Source: Lama glama (lineage: Eukaryota). Taken from it: DNA of 64,000 nt. The position numbers and the translations under genes were made by a program. Each line of letters begins with the position of its first letter. Within the stretch, counting starts at the first letter, position 1. Where the stretch lies: the NCBI GenBank assembly GCA_028534125.1, contig CM052817.1, positions 54,438,001 through 54,502,000 on the forward strand, given 5' to 3'. Of the stretch, positions 37,027 through 50,705 are shown in pieces. A model generated the notes under the pieces. It saw only the letters and a list, made by a program, of their open reading frames with translations, ran no database searches and was not told where the DNA came from.

Positions 37027-38639
37027 AAGTTTTCCTTCTGTTGTTGGAAAATCTAGCTTGGTTTTAAATTCTTTTATCTCTGTAGAAAGTTAGAAAGAAA
37101 CCTCACTTCATAGCCCTCTAGTTTGGTTTGGAGTTTGATGCTATGTTGATTGTAGATTAGATCATTCTGCGTGCATGTACATACATGTGTTTATAAGTAT
37201 ATATTTATATTCTGCCTTGTCCAATAAAAAGGATATTCATTTCTATAAATTAGTTGTGCCACTAACATATTGTGTACCTCTAATTCAATTCATCAGAACT
37301 CTACTGAGTACAAGGCAGTATACTAGCTCAATATAATACGTATGAATAAGACATTAAGTCCATTCTTTACGGAGTCACAATCTACCCTGGAGACAAACAT
37401 ACCTGTAATATAAGCAGACAGAGATATGGATCTTGACAGTGATTCAAAATCTGTGACTGAAAATGTTTCCTAGTGGCACACGTCTGGGGTAGACCCACAT
37501 ATTGGTGAGTTCCAGAGTACTGTCACTGTGACCTTTTTTTCCTACTTATTGGTCATGGTGGACTGTTTTAGGAATAATCTTGAATTCAAACCAATGTATG
37601 CTAGTTAAGTGAACTTGGGCAAGTTACTTAGCCTCTCTGTAACTTATTTCCTTGTTAATAATATGTAGTCATATATATTTATTAAATGAATGAATACATG
37701 TATGTGCCTGGCCCCAAGCCACACTAAGGGATACAGTGGTGTACATGTACAAGACAGCCAAGTTGATATTTCATGAAGATTAAATATGAAAGGACATCCA
37801 TACTGATCAAACTATAGTAGCATATACTTGCATACACAATACATAGTGTATTATAGTAATGTTTTATGCCATTATTATAGCATAGTTGGGAGATCATTTA
37901 TTCAATGTATCCTATATATTTGTTTAGGTTTACACGTAACAAAAAGTGAAATTTTTCTTGCATCACCCAGGAATCAAAGTGGCAAAGATATAATCACCAA
38001 GTGTTACATATATCATGTATATTTAATGTTTTATCTTAAGGAAGAGAATACAACATAGTAAGCATATTTGGCAACTTTCCCTCAATGCAGAGATATCACA
38101 GTTATTATTAAATGCTGCTTGATTTGACATTCCACTGATTCTTGAGTCTGGCAGTGGAGAGGAATACCAAAGTTCCCAATATGCTATATCTTAGGTTTTA
38201 AATCACCTCTGGCTCCTCTGTTATTCCCTGAACTTAATAAGGTCATGTGTTTTCCAGATCTCATAAAGTGTAGGGAGATGTGACCTAAGTTGTTGGAGAA
38301 AGGAGTCAGTAGATACCTCAGAACAGCCCCCTTCATCCTGATTATAGCACATGAGATGTCAACCTAGATCTATACGCTTCTCCAGTAGCTGGAACCCAGA
38401 GTAACTTCTGAGAAATACTGACCTCTGGACTGGCTCTATGCAGAGATGGAAGAAATTGTGTGTGTGTGTGTGTTAAAAGCAGTGATTAAAGATTTGTCAG
38501 GCTTTCTCCTGTTCTTTGATCATTTACTCAAACCTATGAGTATGACACTGAAAGGTTTTTGTTAAAATGTAAACAAGTGAGATATGCTTAACAATGTGTT
38601 CAAATGTTTCAAACTAATAACTTAAATTTTTTTCCTAAA

Positions 38640-39422
38640 ACTTTTTAAAGTTGACGTACAGCTGATGTACAGTATTAAATTATTTTCAGGTGTACAACAT
38701 ACTGATTCAACATTTAAATATGTTATAAAGTGTTTACTACAGTAAGTCTAGTAACTATCTATCACCATTCGAAGTTATTACAGTATTATTCACCACATTC
38801 CTTATGCTGTTTATTACTTCCCCGCGGCTTATTTATTTTACAACTGGAAGTATTTATCTCTTAATCCTCTTTACCTATATTATCCAACCCCTCATCCTCC
38901 TCCCCTCTGACAACAACCAGTTTGTTCCCTGTATTTATGAATCTGTTACTGTTTTGTTTTTTAAATTTTAGATTCCACATATAAGTGAGATTATGCAGTA
39001 TTTGTCGTTCTCTGTCTGACTTATTTCGCTTAGCATAATGCCCTCCAGATTTGTTCATGTTGTCACAAATGGCAAGATTTCATTCTTTTTATGGCTGAGT
39101 AATATTCCATTATATATATATATAAAAATCACAGCTTTATCCATTCATATATCAATGAACACTTAGGTTGTTTACATATCTTAGCTATTATAAATAATGC
39201 TGCAGTGAGCACAAGGGTACATATCTTTTCTAATTAGTGTTTTTGTTTTCTTTGGGTAAATAACTATTCAGAAAAGGAGTTGCTGGATCATAAGGTAGTT
39301 CTATTTTTAATTTTTTGAGTAAACTTTGTACTTTTTCCAGAGTAGCTACACGAATTTTCATTCCCACCAACAGTGTAGGAGGGTTCCCTTTTCCCTTCAC
39401 CCTGGCCAACACTTGTTATTAT
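38640..39422 (-). mobile_element. LINE-1 3' fragment (ORF2 C-terminus + 3' UTR)
   Basis: LKKLKIELPYDPATPFL; ctggagggcattatgctaagcgaaataagtcagacagagaac...ctcacttatatgtggaatctaaa. Confidence 0.92.
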
Positions 39423-39609
39423 AAACTAGTAACTTTTAAATCATTTTACTCAGTGAGAAAAACAATGTGAATATGGATATAGTGGGCCTCAGCTTACTTA
39501 TCTCTACACAGGGGCAATAATAGAAAGTCCTTGTGAAGATTAAAAAGTTACTATTTGTTCAGTGAAGTGCTTAGAAAAATACTTAGCCCATAGAAAGTAC
39601 TATTTATAT

Positions 39610-39710
39610 ATGCACACACACATATACTACACACACACACACACATACACACACACACTATATATATACATATACACTATATATATATATTCACACACAT
39701 ATACACACAC
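39610..39710. repeat. (CA)n/(TA)n compound microsatellite
   Basis: cacacacacatatactacacacacacacacacatacacacacacactatatatata... Confidence 0.9.
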
Positions 39711-39894
39711 TATTATTCCTAAATTATTTAAATGCAGAGTACCTAGTAATGATAAAGTAGCTGCTTGAGGGATATACATCAAAATGTTAATGACAGATCT
39801 TGGGGTTATGTGATTACAAGTAATTTTCTTTTCCTTTCCTATATATCTGTATTTTGTAAATTTTCTGTGATCAATATGAATTTTACTGTGTGTA

Positions 39895-42123
39895 GCCAAG
39901 ATGATGTAGGAGGAAGAGCCTGAACTCACTTCCACCTATAGGCACACCAAAATTAGGACTATTTACAGAACAACTAAGAGAATGACCTGAAGACTAGTAG
40001 AAAAGATTTTTCACAACTAAAGATAAAACCACAGCTGGGTGGATAGGTGGGATAGAGATCCAATATAGACAAGACCTATACCCCCAGGGAGGTGATCCAC
40101 AACTGCATAGGTTCTCCCCAAGGAGTGGGGCTCTGAGGCCCACATCAGGCTTCCTGCACCAGGAAGATGAGACCCCAGAACATCTGGTTTTGATGGGCAG
40201 AGGGGCTAGCATACAGGAGAGCTAGAGAGCTCTAGGAAACAGAGATTCTGCTCTTAAAGGGCATGTGAAAAATCTTGTATGTTCCAAGTCTCAACACAGA
40301 GGCAGTAAATTGAAAGAAGCCTGGGTCAGGTCTACTTTCTGATCTTGGAGAGTCTATTGGAAAAGGAGGAAGCAACTAGGACTGCCCCTGGGAACACAGA
40401 TGCTGATGGCAGCCATTTTGGGAAGCTTGTTCTAGCACAAGGACACTGGTGTTGGCAAACACCGTTTTGGAGTCCTCCCTCTAGCCTATTAGTGCTGAAG
40501 GCTTACTGCCCATCATGGGCTGGCAGCCACTGCATGAGGCAGAACATGGCAACCAAATGGGCTGGGGCCATCTCTGTCTACCATTGTGCCCACAATAGAC
40601 AACCCACAACAGCAGAAGAGCCCAAACAGGAGGTACCCCTAGAGCAACTAGCTCTGATGACCAGAGGGAAGTTTGCTGCCAAACCCCATGATTTTTCAGG
40701 AGAAAGTCTGCAGGCCAGAAAAGAGTAACATGATACATTCAAAGTGATGAAAGGGGGAAAAAAACCCTACAACCATGAATACTCTACCCAGCAAGGTTAT
40801 TATTCAAACTTGAAGGAGAGATAAAGCATTTTACAGATGAGCAAATGCTAAAAGCATTTGGCATCACCGAACCAGCTTAACAAGAAATATTAAAGAAACT
40901 TCTAAGTAAAAAAGAAAAGGCCACAACTAGAAATATGAAAATTATGAAAGAAAAAAAATCTCATTGGTAAGAGCAAACATGCTTTAAAATAGGGCAACAA
41001 TGTATAAAGCTAGTTAAAAGGTTAAAAGACAAAAGTAGTAAAATCATCTATATCCACAATAGATAGTTAAGGGATACAAGAAACAAAAAGATATAAAATA
41101 TTATGTCAGAAGCATTAAACATTGGGGAAGGAAGTGAAAATACAAGGTTGTTAAAATGCATTTGAACTTGAGAAAGGAACAAAAAAGAATTACCAAAAAA
41201 CTCCACACAAAACGATGAACAAAATGGCAATAAGTAAACTTTAAATGTAAATAGACCAAATTCTCCAAGCAAAAGACATTAAGTTGGTGAACAGATTTTT
41301 TTTTAAAAGACCCACATATATGCTGCTTGTAAGAGACTTTAGATCTAAAGCAAAGCCTGAAAGTGATGGAGACAGAAAAAGGTATTCTATGCAAATAGAA
41401 ACAAAAAGAAAGCTGGGGTAGCAATACTTTGACCAAATAGACTTTAAAACAAAACTGCAACAAGAGACAAAGAATGATATTACATAATGATGAAGGGACC
41501 AATCCAACAAGAAGAGATAACAATTGTAGATATATATACACCAACATAGGAGCACCTAAGTACATAAAGCAAATATTAACAAACATAAAGGGAGACATTG
41601 AAAGTAACACAATAATAGTAGGGGATTTTAACATTCCATTTACATTAATGGACAGATCATCCAGACAGAAAATCACTAGGGAAACTCATGCCTTACATGA
41701 CACATTAGACCACACAGACTTAATAAATATATATGGAACATTTCATCCCAAAGCAGGAAAATACTCATTCTTTTTAAGTGCAGCTGAAACACATGAATGA
41801 AGTGCACATTCTCCTAGGTAGATCATATATTAGGCCATAAAACAAGTCTCAATAAATTTAAGAAAATTGAAATCATACTCAGCATCGACTCTGATCACAA
41901 CACAATGAGACTAGAAATGAACCATAAGAAAAACTGCAAAAACACAAACGTGGAAGCTAAACAATGTGCTACTAAACAACCAATTGGTAAAAAAAAAATT
42001 TTTTTAATTTTAAAAAGAAAAAACATAACAAAAAATTAAATTAAATTAAAATTAAAAAAAAGAAAAACCTAATCAATTGGTGACTAAAGAAACCAAAGAG
42101 GAAATAAAAAAAAAAAAAAAAAA
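39895..42123 (+). mobile_element. LINE-1 with 5' UTR, ORF1 C-terminal remnant and ORF2 endonuclease region; 3'-truncated
   Basis: 5' gccaagatga..aggaagagcctgaactcact; ORF1-like ctgcaggccagaaaagag..ctctacccagcaaggttattattcaaacttgaaggagagataaag; ORF2 NIGAPKYIKQILTNIKGDIESNTIIVGDFNIPFTLMDRSSRQKI; ends in poly(A) at 42105-42123. Confidence 0.92.
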
Positions 42124-42829
42124 GGAAAGAAAGACCCTAAAAGATATATCATGACTTAGTAGGAAGTCAGTGAATGGCAAGAAAATTTGTGTCAGTGGCT
42201 GGAAAGATTGAGACCCAAGATAAGCAGTGGCGAAACATTTGGCAAAAATACTGACTGTGAAAATCCCAGAAGGCAGACTATGTGCATACCAGATCTGCAT
42301 CCATCTGTGTCCTTGAATAAATGAGTGAGGTAAAGCCTCTGCCCCACCTATTGTATTTTAAGTGAGTGTAAAAATTAAATTCTATTGTGTTAAGTCACTG
42401 AAAAATTCAGATTCGTCTGTTATTGCAGTTAGTACCACCTTAATTAATACAGTCTTTTATGTACATATCAATGTGTACATTTTGGTTTTTATTTTGTTAT
42501 TAACCAAGGACTTTTTTCCCATGAATTACTTAAGTATTACAGAATTCTGTCCAAAATTATTTTGTATATACTAGAGATTAGGAATAAAGGATAGTTGTTA
42601 AGCACTTGGTTTTTTTTTGTTGTTGTTGTTGTTGTTTGTTTTTTTGGCCAGGTACTCTACTAAAATACTTGTATTATCTCACTGATGCTTTACAGCGTGA
42701 CCCATAGCAGATATACAATTCTTATCTCCATTTTACATTTTACATCCATTTACAGGTGAGAAGACTAAGATTGAGACAGTTCAAGTAACTTTGGTTAAAG
42801 ATATAGCTGGTACATGGAAATTATTAGAT

Positions 42830-43335
42830 ACTTAGCACTGTAGGACAGGGTAAACATGAGACTGATGGTAAACTTACGACTATGGATGATATTTCCTAAA
42901 CAGAGTCTGTTGTATGGGAGAGAAAAACCAAAAGAAAAAATTAATAAAATAAAATAAAGAGAAAAGAGCCTGGTGCAGTTCTTGAGAAATAGCTTATATT
43001 AAAGCACTGGTAGAGTAAAGGAAGCTGTCAAAGTGAGAGTGATCAGGGAGTCAGAAAGGTGGGAGGAAAAATAAGAGGAGTATGCTTTAGTGAAATCTAG
43101 GAAAGTGAATGTTTCAAAGACCGAGTGATCAAGAGAGCTAAATATTGCAGAGAGAGCAAATAAAATAAGGACCGAATGAGAAGTTTCATTAGAATTAGTA
43201 GTAAAAACATACCTTTGGCAAGAGCAGTGTGAGCGATGAAGGCAGGTCAGATTTGTGCAGTGAGCCTTAAGCAGAGCTGAGGAAATGAAGACAGTGAGTA
43301 GAGACAACATTTCAAAGAAGTTTGCAGAGGTACAG
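42830..43335 (-). mobile_element. L2 LINE fragment
   Basis: gagtcagaaaggtgggaggaaaa..gaaagtgaatgtttcaaagaccgagtgatcaa..aataaggaccgaatgagaagtttcattagaattag..gaggaaatgaagacagtgagtagagacaacatttc. Confidence 0.7.
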
Positions 43336-45166
43336 GTATAAGTCAATAGCTGAAGTGGACTATGGCATTAGGGGTTTTGTTTTTGTTTTTTGCTTTTTTT
43401 TTGGTTTTTTGTTTTAGTTTGGAGGAATATTTTGTGAAGGAAGTAGCAGAGATAGGGAGGTTGATGATGCAGAAGAGAGAACAGATAATTAAGTAAATCT
43501 GAAGGTCTTCTGAGAAATGTGAAAAAATGGAACCCAACATGTGGAACAAAAAAAACAAATATTTAATCTGAGAGAAGGTGAAAAGGACAGACAGTGATGC
43601 AAATTAAGTAAAGAAGTGTGTGTTCTATTTTTTTCTCAAAAGAAGGATCTAAAGTCATCTGGCTGATAATAATATGAAGGTTTAAAGAGAGGGGTCATGA
43701 TTTTCAACATCTTCAAAAACTGGAAAGAGAACTGATAGTAAAATACACACATATTACAGGTCTGCAGCTTGGAGGACCAAACAGAAGTTGGAAGACAAAC
43801 ATTTATAAAGACCAAGGGCACTAGAAGTTTGCATATTCCTTGATCTACTGTGTTTGGATTAGAAATTTATCCTAAAGAAGTAATTATAGATGTACCCAAA
43901 ATAGAGCCATAAGGGTATCCATGATGGAATTTACAATAGTGGAAATCAAACTAATTTAAATGCCCATTGATAAGATTTGTCTAAAAAATCATGGTACATT
44001 TATAAATGGAATATCATGAAGCCATTAAAATTGCTTTCAAATATTTAACAGCCTAAAATATGTTTGTAATATGTCTAATGAAAAATTGGAGGTTATAGAA
44101 AAGAACATGCAGTATGATTCCTTTTTTTATAAAAATGAACTTACATCGATACAAAAATGACACATAGTGTTAAAAAGTGGTTACCTCTATGAGTGATTTA
44201 TATTTCCATTTGTTCTTGTTTATACTTCTTTCTATTATAAGCATTTATAATTGCTATCATTAAAGTACTTTATTTTTATAGGATTTATCAGGAGTTTTTT
44301 GACAATCTAATACACAATTCATGATAGTACAGCATACTGTAAACCATTGTTCTGAGGAATATTATTCTACGTGCTGTTAATAGGTATTCTGGGTATAAAT
44401 GCTCACAAATGTTTGTAAAACTTCACTTTAGTTAAAGCTTCACAGGTATGATTTTTAATAGTAAGAGTTTGCACAGAACTTCTAATATGTTAATTTTCAT
44501 TGAGAATCTTCTTTGCCAGTTTTAATTTACACTGAATTCTTTTTGCCTTAAATATTTATCACCATTCCTTAAAACTAGTATTTCTTATACCACTTTCATA
44601 AATGGTGTTAGCGTATGTTTCCTGAGGACCATTAATGGTCTTTACCTTGGATTCCTTATTTTTATGACACTGATAAGCAAGAGCAGGGATATGAATTTTA
44701 TGGGCTGATAAAAATGGTCAGTTTTTAGAAATCTATCTTCAAGAGTGCACTATTCAATATATAGAGTTTAGGTTTTCTCATTTCAGAGATACCATTTTTT
44801 AGGTGACAGAACTTTTGCACTGCTTCAGAAATGCAACCGTCGTGCCTTTTAACCAATTTAAATCAATGAAACGATGTGATTGAACAGTGCTCATAAAAAT
44901 CATTTCTAAGAGATAGAACAACCAGTGTTATAGAAAATAAAGATATATAAAATATGCTGACATAAAACTTTAAAATCTAAGCTTTTTTCTTTAATGGCTT
45001 CTCTCTTCATCGCGTTTGTGAGATTAAAATGAAGGCTGAATTACACTTTTTACCTTTTAAATTTAAGATGTGTAATCCTGAACTTGTGGTGGTATGTATA
45101 ATTTTCCTCTTGTTACTTATTCAAATATTCTACTTATCATAGGTTACATTTTATATTTTTAAAAAC

Positions 45167-48100
45167 ATATGCCAAAAATTCTATATAATTCATTGAGTAA
45201 TGAGGGAACCAGTAAGATGTTATAACCAGTTTGCAGTAAAATCTAAAGAGCAGACACCTTACATAGGCTCTTGTTGAACATTCAAATAAATTTGCAAAAC
45301 TGGCAAAATTGGTCAATATTCACAGAGCAATAATCAATTTCATTCCACCAAGCACAGTTAATTTGCCCTTCCATGGTCAAGAATCATTCACACTGATATT
45401 CTACAATTTAAAAATTATAAAATAAATCAAAGTGATGAAAAGTGCAAACCCCTTAGAGTCAGAAAACCTGGAAAAGGTGTGCTCTAGACAATACATGATT
45501 TTCCATTGAAGACATCTAGTAATCTTTCTGGTACCTTTCAAAGTCTTTCACACTTTTCCCTGACAGTTTTCCCTTACCTTGTAATCATGAAAACCCCAGT
45601 GAAAGATTTTCTTACTTACAAAACAAGGCTGGTCTCAGTAGTTTGGCCTGATTATTTACACAGGTGCAGTAAGAGTAAAAAAATTTACTATACAGACTTT
45701 TTTAAACCTTTTGCAAATCGAGAACCATACAATAATTAACAATTACAAACACCAAAGGGTTAACTTCTGCTTGGAAATTTTCATAAATTATCTCAGATTT
45801 GACTTATAAAATCTTGTGTTATTTACTAGCTTAAGGTGATGAAATGAAGCCCCAGATACTCTCTCCACCACATCCACCTGCAGTAGCTCTAAATTGGTGA
45901 GATTCTTCTCTCTTCTCATAGTGCCTCAGATTTTCTAATGCTTTTGATCTATCAGGAAGTAACCTTCCTTATTACCTCTAAGACAGGGCCCTCTAAACCA
46001 GGTATCTGGCAGTTTTCCTGGGAGAGGTTTGTAGGCATTGTCTCCATAATAAAATTAGCTTTTGTTTCTCAAAAGCAGCTTGTCATATCTGATTAAATGA
46101 GCATTGTTCTCAAATATGACACTCTTGAGATAAGGCCATGGTTGTACAATCATCTTGTTCTATTATACTCTGGTAAAAAGGAAGACATTCTTATCAAACC
46201 CATACAAATAACTATACTGGCATAAAAGTAAAGAGAAATAGTAAGAGTTTCTGAATTTGGTAAGTGAGAATTAGGTATCATTTAAAATAATTCCTTTCAA
46301 TTTACAAAAGCAGAGTTTATTCAATTGTTCTGAGTTTCAGAGAGCTTCAAAAAGAGAAAACACTTCATTATATCCAGGAAATAGAACACTAAAGCAATAT
46401 TAATAATATTCCCCTCCCTTAAAAAAACACATTAAAATTTCCTCATCAGCTCATTCAGTCCTCTGTAATTAATTCTTGTTCTGTTGGATATTGGGTTAGC
46501 ATTTTTATGAAGCCATCTGCTTCTTGAATGAAGAATTCTGGAAATCCTGACTTAGTCTACTGGTACAATCTAAAACTGGTCTAAACGATGTCAGGTCAGA
46601 AGCATGTATCCAACATTCTTTTCCTTGAAGTGTCAATAGTGTGAAGTACCTAGAACAGTCTTTTCCCACAAGTCTCAGGACTGTCCTTCATTGTAGGAGA
46701 CTGATCTTTTTTGTTTTTAAGGAAGTCAGTGATTGTTTTATCTGATTATTTAAAAAATGGATGGAATTTTTTATAGAAGAAAAAAATCTTGATATAACAT
46801 ATAATGTTCCTGAAACGTAACATACATATCCTTGGTATATGAAAAATACCAAGTAAACCCTGGAGTAAGACTTATACATTGGTTAGTTTGATATGAATCC
46901 CATTTAGAATCACTGGCCTAGAAGCTAGTAAATCCAAATTAAAGAAGGTGGTGGTCTGTAAACATTTTAAGTAATAATTTAAATTATGACTGATAACATT
47001 ATGCTGTTATTGACTAATATTATTAGATAAAATACCAACAGAAACTGAAAAATTCAGAGAAACTTGAAAAATCTATTTCATAAGAGTTTTGATCAATGTT
47101 TTCCCTGAGGTAAGATATATTATTGGAAGCAAAGGCATTAACAAATACCCAAAGACTTCCCCTAAATTGTGAAATTTCTGGAATATTTATATTAATAACA
47201 TTTTACCAATATCAATTTAACCTAAGGAAAGCTGAGTGTCTTCTGATATGACAAATCTGCCTATGCAATTCATCAAACAAACCCAGTTAGATACTTTTAG
47301 CATCTCTTTTTAAGAGATAAAAGAACAAATCTTTGTGATTTTCCAGGGACCCTCTGATATAGTCTGATAATTTTAGATATAAAAATAACTTGAAAATTTT
47401 ATCTTATTTTTCTGCATTTAAGACCTGATTTTTGAAAGGTAAGTTGAAAAACGTTTTTAGGAGAAATTTGGACACTTGATTTAAAAAGGATCATGAATAC
47501 CTGAGAAACAGTACTTGGTTAACCATTTAGTTAAAGTGACAATAAAGCATAGAAAAAATTCTTATATGGTAACAAGATTAAGAACCTTGCTGGAGACTGA
47601 CCTTAAATTTACCAACTTCATATAATTTAATATGCCTTAAGTATATGAAGTTGGAATCTTAAAACATTTCTGAGTTAGTTTCTGTAAGAAGACTTTTTTT
47701 TGTCTAGCATATTTAAAATATTAAAAGTTAAATTTTCTTATTCTCCAGAAATTTTAGGAATACTTCATTTATTTACCTCTAAATCAAATCAGAGCAGAGC
47801 TCTCTTAAGTAACTTATAATCTAATTATTAATACTCTCTGGAAATAGAAAAATATTTCATACTAATGGATCAACATATAAAGGCCTTTTGAATTGCCAAC
47901 ACATAGAAATGAAGACATACAATAAGCTTATCAGGTAAAATCTACAATTTTAAGGTAAACAAATACAGGAGACATAAAAACACACCTCAGAAATCCATAT
48001 ACAAAGAGTTGTTTGTTATCCTTTCTGGTGGACACAACATTCTTGAATTATTTGAGCTCAGAATAAATAAAGGAAGACAAATCAACCAGATTCTCCATGA

Positions 48101-48530
48101 GCTCTCACCCAACAGAGAATAAATCTCTATAATTTATTAATCTATTTTCAGAAATCACTAAGTGATCAAACCATAAAACCAAATTGTCAATCATTGATGC
48201 CACCAATTGATAATAATTTATCTGCCCTCTGTGCACCAAAAACTAGACAAAAAATTAGCAGAGAAGAAAAGCTAGAGAAATAGAAAAGTTCTATTGATAT
48301 TTATGATTCATCTCTGGGAGCTCAAGGAAAAGTATGCCTGGGCTTGCCATCTATTACATGCAGTCATCTGGCAGCACATTTTGTCAGTCTCTGTCATGTG
48401 AAGCCACTGGACATCTCGGTGGATGGGTTTTAAGATGATAAAATTAAGACTTTCATGGAAATATAAAATGAACACATCAAAGATTTTATTTAACTCATTA
48501 ACTGATGAGGGACCCAGTAAAGATGTTACA
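45167..48530. mobile_element. Probable degenerate ERV1-class proviral relic bounded by LTR-like direct repeats
   Basis: ~60-bp direct repeat (atgagggaaccagtaagatgtta core) at 45167-45224 and 48472-48530, enclosing AT-rich sequence resembling MER4-group internal regions; no gag/pol/env ORF visible. Confidence 0.45.
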
Positions 48531-49055
48531 ATTGATTCCTGTGCTCTTCTTTTTTACTTCCTTATGTTAATTCACCAAAGCTTTTCCATTGATTTGTGTA
48601 ACTTACTATCTTTGCTTCCATATCTTCAGGCTGATTCCCTACTTCTGTCAGTTGGCTACTTTTTAGCTTATTTCAAAAATAATTAAATTTAATCTTCATT
48701 TTATAAAGAGATTTTCTATATTATGTTGAGAAATAGCTCTCAGGGATTTTATAAAATTTGGATTTTGAGCTTCCAGGGTAGTATCAGTTACCTGAAGGGG
48801 AAAACACCTATGTCCATTTTTCTCTTTTCAAATTTTTCTCCTAAACCATGTTTTGCTTGTCAAACATTATTGCTGAAACCCTCTTTTGACTTAGTAATAT
48901 CTGGAAATATTTTGCATTATAATTATTTGCTTACGATTGTTAACTAATTTCTCTTGGGGATGACATGAGGATGACTAATACTCAGAAAATAGTAAGAGAT
49001 ATAACAAAATCCAAGGTCTCAAGAAAACAAAATGAAGTAGAAATGTTGCCACACT

Positions 49056-49192
49056 TCCTTCCTCCCTCCCTGCTTCTTTCTTTCTGTCTTTCTTTCCCCT
49101 CTTTCTTCTTTCTTTCCTTCCTTCTACCTTCCTTCCACCTTCCTTCCTTTCTTCCTTCTACCTTCCTTCCTTTCTTCCTTCCATCATTTTCA
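49056..49192 (+). repeat. (CTTC)n/(CTTT)n simple repeat
   Basis: cttccttcctccctccctgcttctttctttctgtctttctttccc... Confidence 0.9.
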
Positions 49193-49527
49193 TTCATTTA
49201 TCTTATGGCAATTCTCTCTCTCTCTAGATATTCTGCTCCTTGAAGATGAAGGCAGTGAAGTGTTCAATTTGTATTCCAGTCAACACTTAATGGGAGCTCA
49301 ATAAATGTTTGCGGAATGGTTTCAATAAAACAGACAATCTCAGAATTCCATGGTAGAGTTTGCTCTCTCTCTGTGAGCTGTAAATTTCTTTGGACTCTCA
49401 GAGTTATATTTAAAAATTGAGCACTTTAAACATTTGTATGTATATGTATGTATGTGTTTATGTTTATATATATTCACACACAGGTTTTAATGGCTCTGTG
49501 GTTTTATTATGTAATACTTAATATACA

Positions 49528-50493
49528 CCCTACCCAGGTTTTGTAGATTCTGAAGCTTATAAAATTTTGTTGGCTCATTAAGAAAATGAATATAAAATTA
49601 TGTATGTAAGTGAACATTTACTTAGAATGAGAAATCACTGCAAATATCACAAGGATCATAAAATCTAGGAAAAATAAAACATCTTTATTAATTAAATGCA
49701 TAACATGCCTCTATACTACTTTCTTTTCTTTTTCTTTTGTCTTCATACCCTTTGATTTGCCTTTTTATGGCAAGAATTGTAAACTGTCACTTACTACAGA
49801 GAGAACAGAAAGCTAATGTAGTGTCCCTCTAGCATAACTGATTGGTTATTATTTTTTAATAATACATTAGAAAAACTTCTTTAGCATCACAACTCATTAT
49901 TTATGACATTATTGATTTGGGGGCTGCTCAAATTTGGGGAAATCTTTATGGACTTTATTTCATGTATAAGCTACAAGACTTGGAAGAAGTTTCTAGAAAC
50001 TAGATTCTGGCTGCAAATATTCAAACCTTGTTTCTTCTCAACTACCCACACACTTCCACTGCCAGGTGCTTCAGTGTAAGTTCATCCTTTTGTCCTGTAC
50101 CATCATGTTATGACACTGGACAAATCAGTACAGTATGCAAGGAGTAATCCTGGAATACATTCCTTCACCAGGATAGTCAGTAGTACATTAACTATACATG
50201 CAAGCTATTCTACAACACCTTTACTCCCCAACTCAGCTTACCCATAGCTGGTTCTGAATGACCAGGGCCACTCCAATTCATTCGACATGAAAGAAAGCTG
50301 ATGAAAAGGGAATCAGAATGGAAAAAGACATATGTCTTAAGAGATTATAGATAAATGTTTTATTTTTGCATATCTATAAAGAGATGTGAGCTTGTGAAAC
50401 ATTACAAGTGTGCCTCCCAAGGCTTGAAATGAGCAAGGCAAAGAAACAAACCCAACGCTAAGGTTTACAGCTTCATGGTAAATCCAACTCTGG
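49528..50493. mobile_element. hAT-Tip100-like DNA transposon relic
   Basis: cccaggttttgtagattctgaagcttataaaatttt at left; agcttcatggtaaatccaactctg at right. Confidence 0.55.
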
Positions 50494-50494
50494 T

Positions 50495-50705
50495 GTCAGG
50501 CACTATACTTTTAAGTGGCTTACCTGTTTTAGCTTAGTTAATATTCATATTAAACACTTTGATACTAATGATTACCCCCACTTTATAGATGAGGAAAACC
50601 GAGGCATACCTAGGTTAGGAAACTTGCCCAAGTTCACAAAGTTAATGAATGGCCAAAGAAAATGAGCTGAGGCTCTTTGGCTTTAGAACCCGCACTGTTA
50701 ACTCT
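50495..50705 (-). mobile_element. MIR SINE relic
   Basis: attacccccactttatagatgaggaaaaccgaggcat..aggttaggaaacttgcccaagttcaca. Confidence 0.8.

Noticed and set aside
41101..41676. 191-aa minus-strand ORF
   Set aside because: Antisense to A-rich L1 ORF2; a typical shadow ORF
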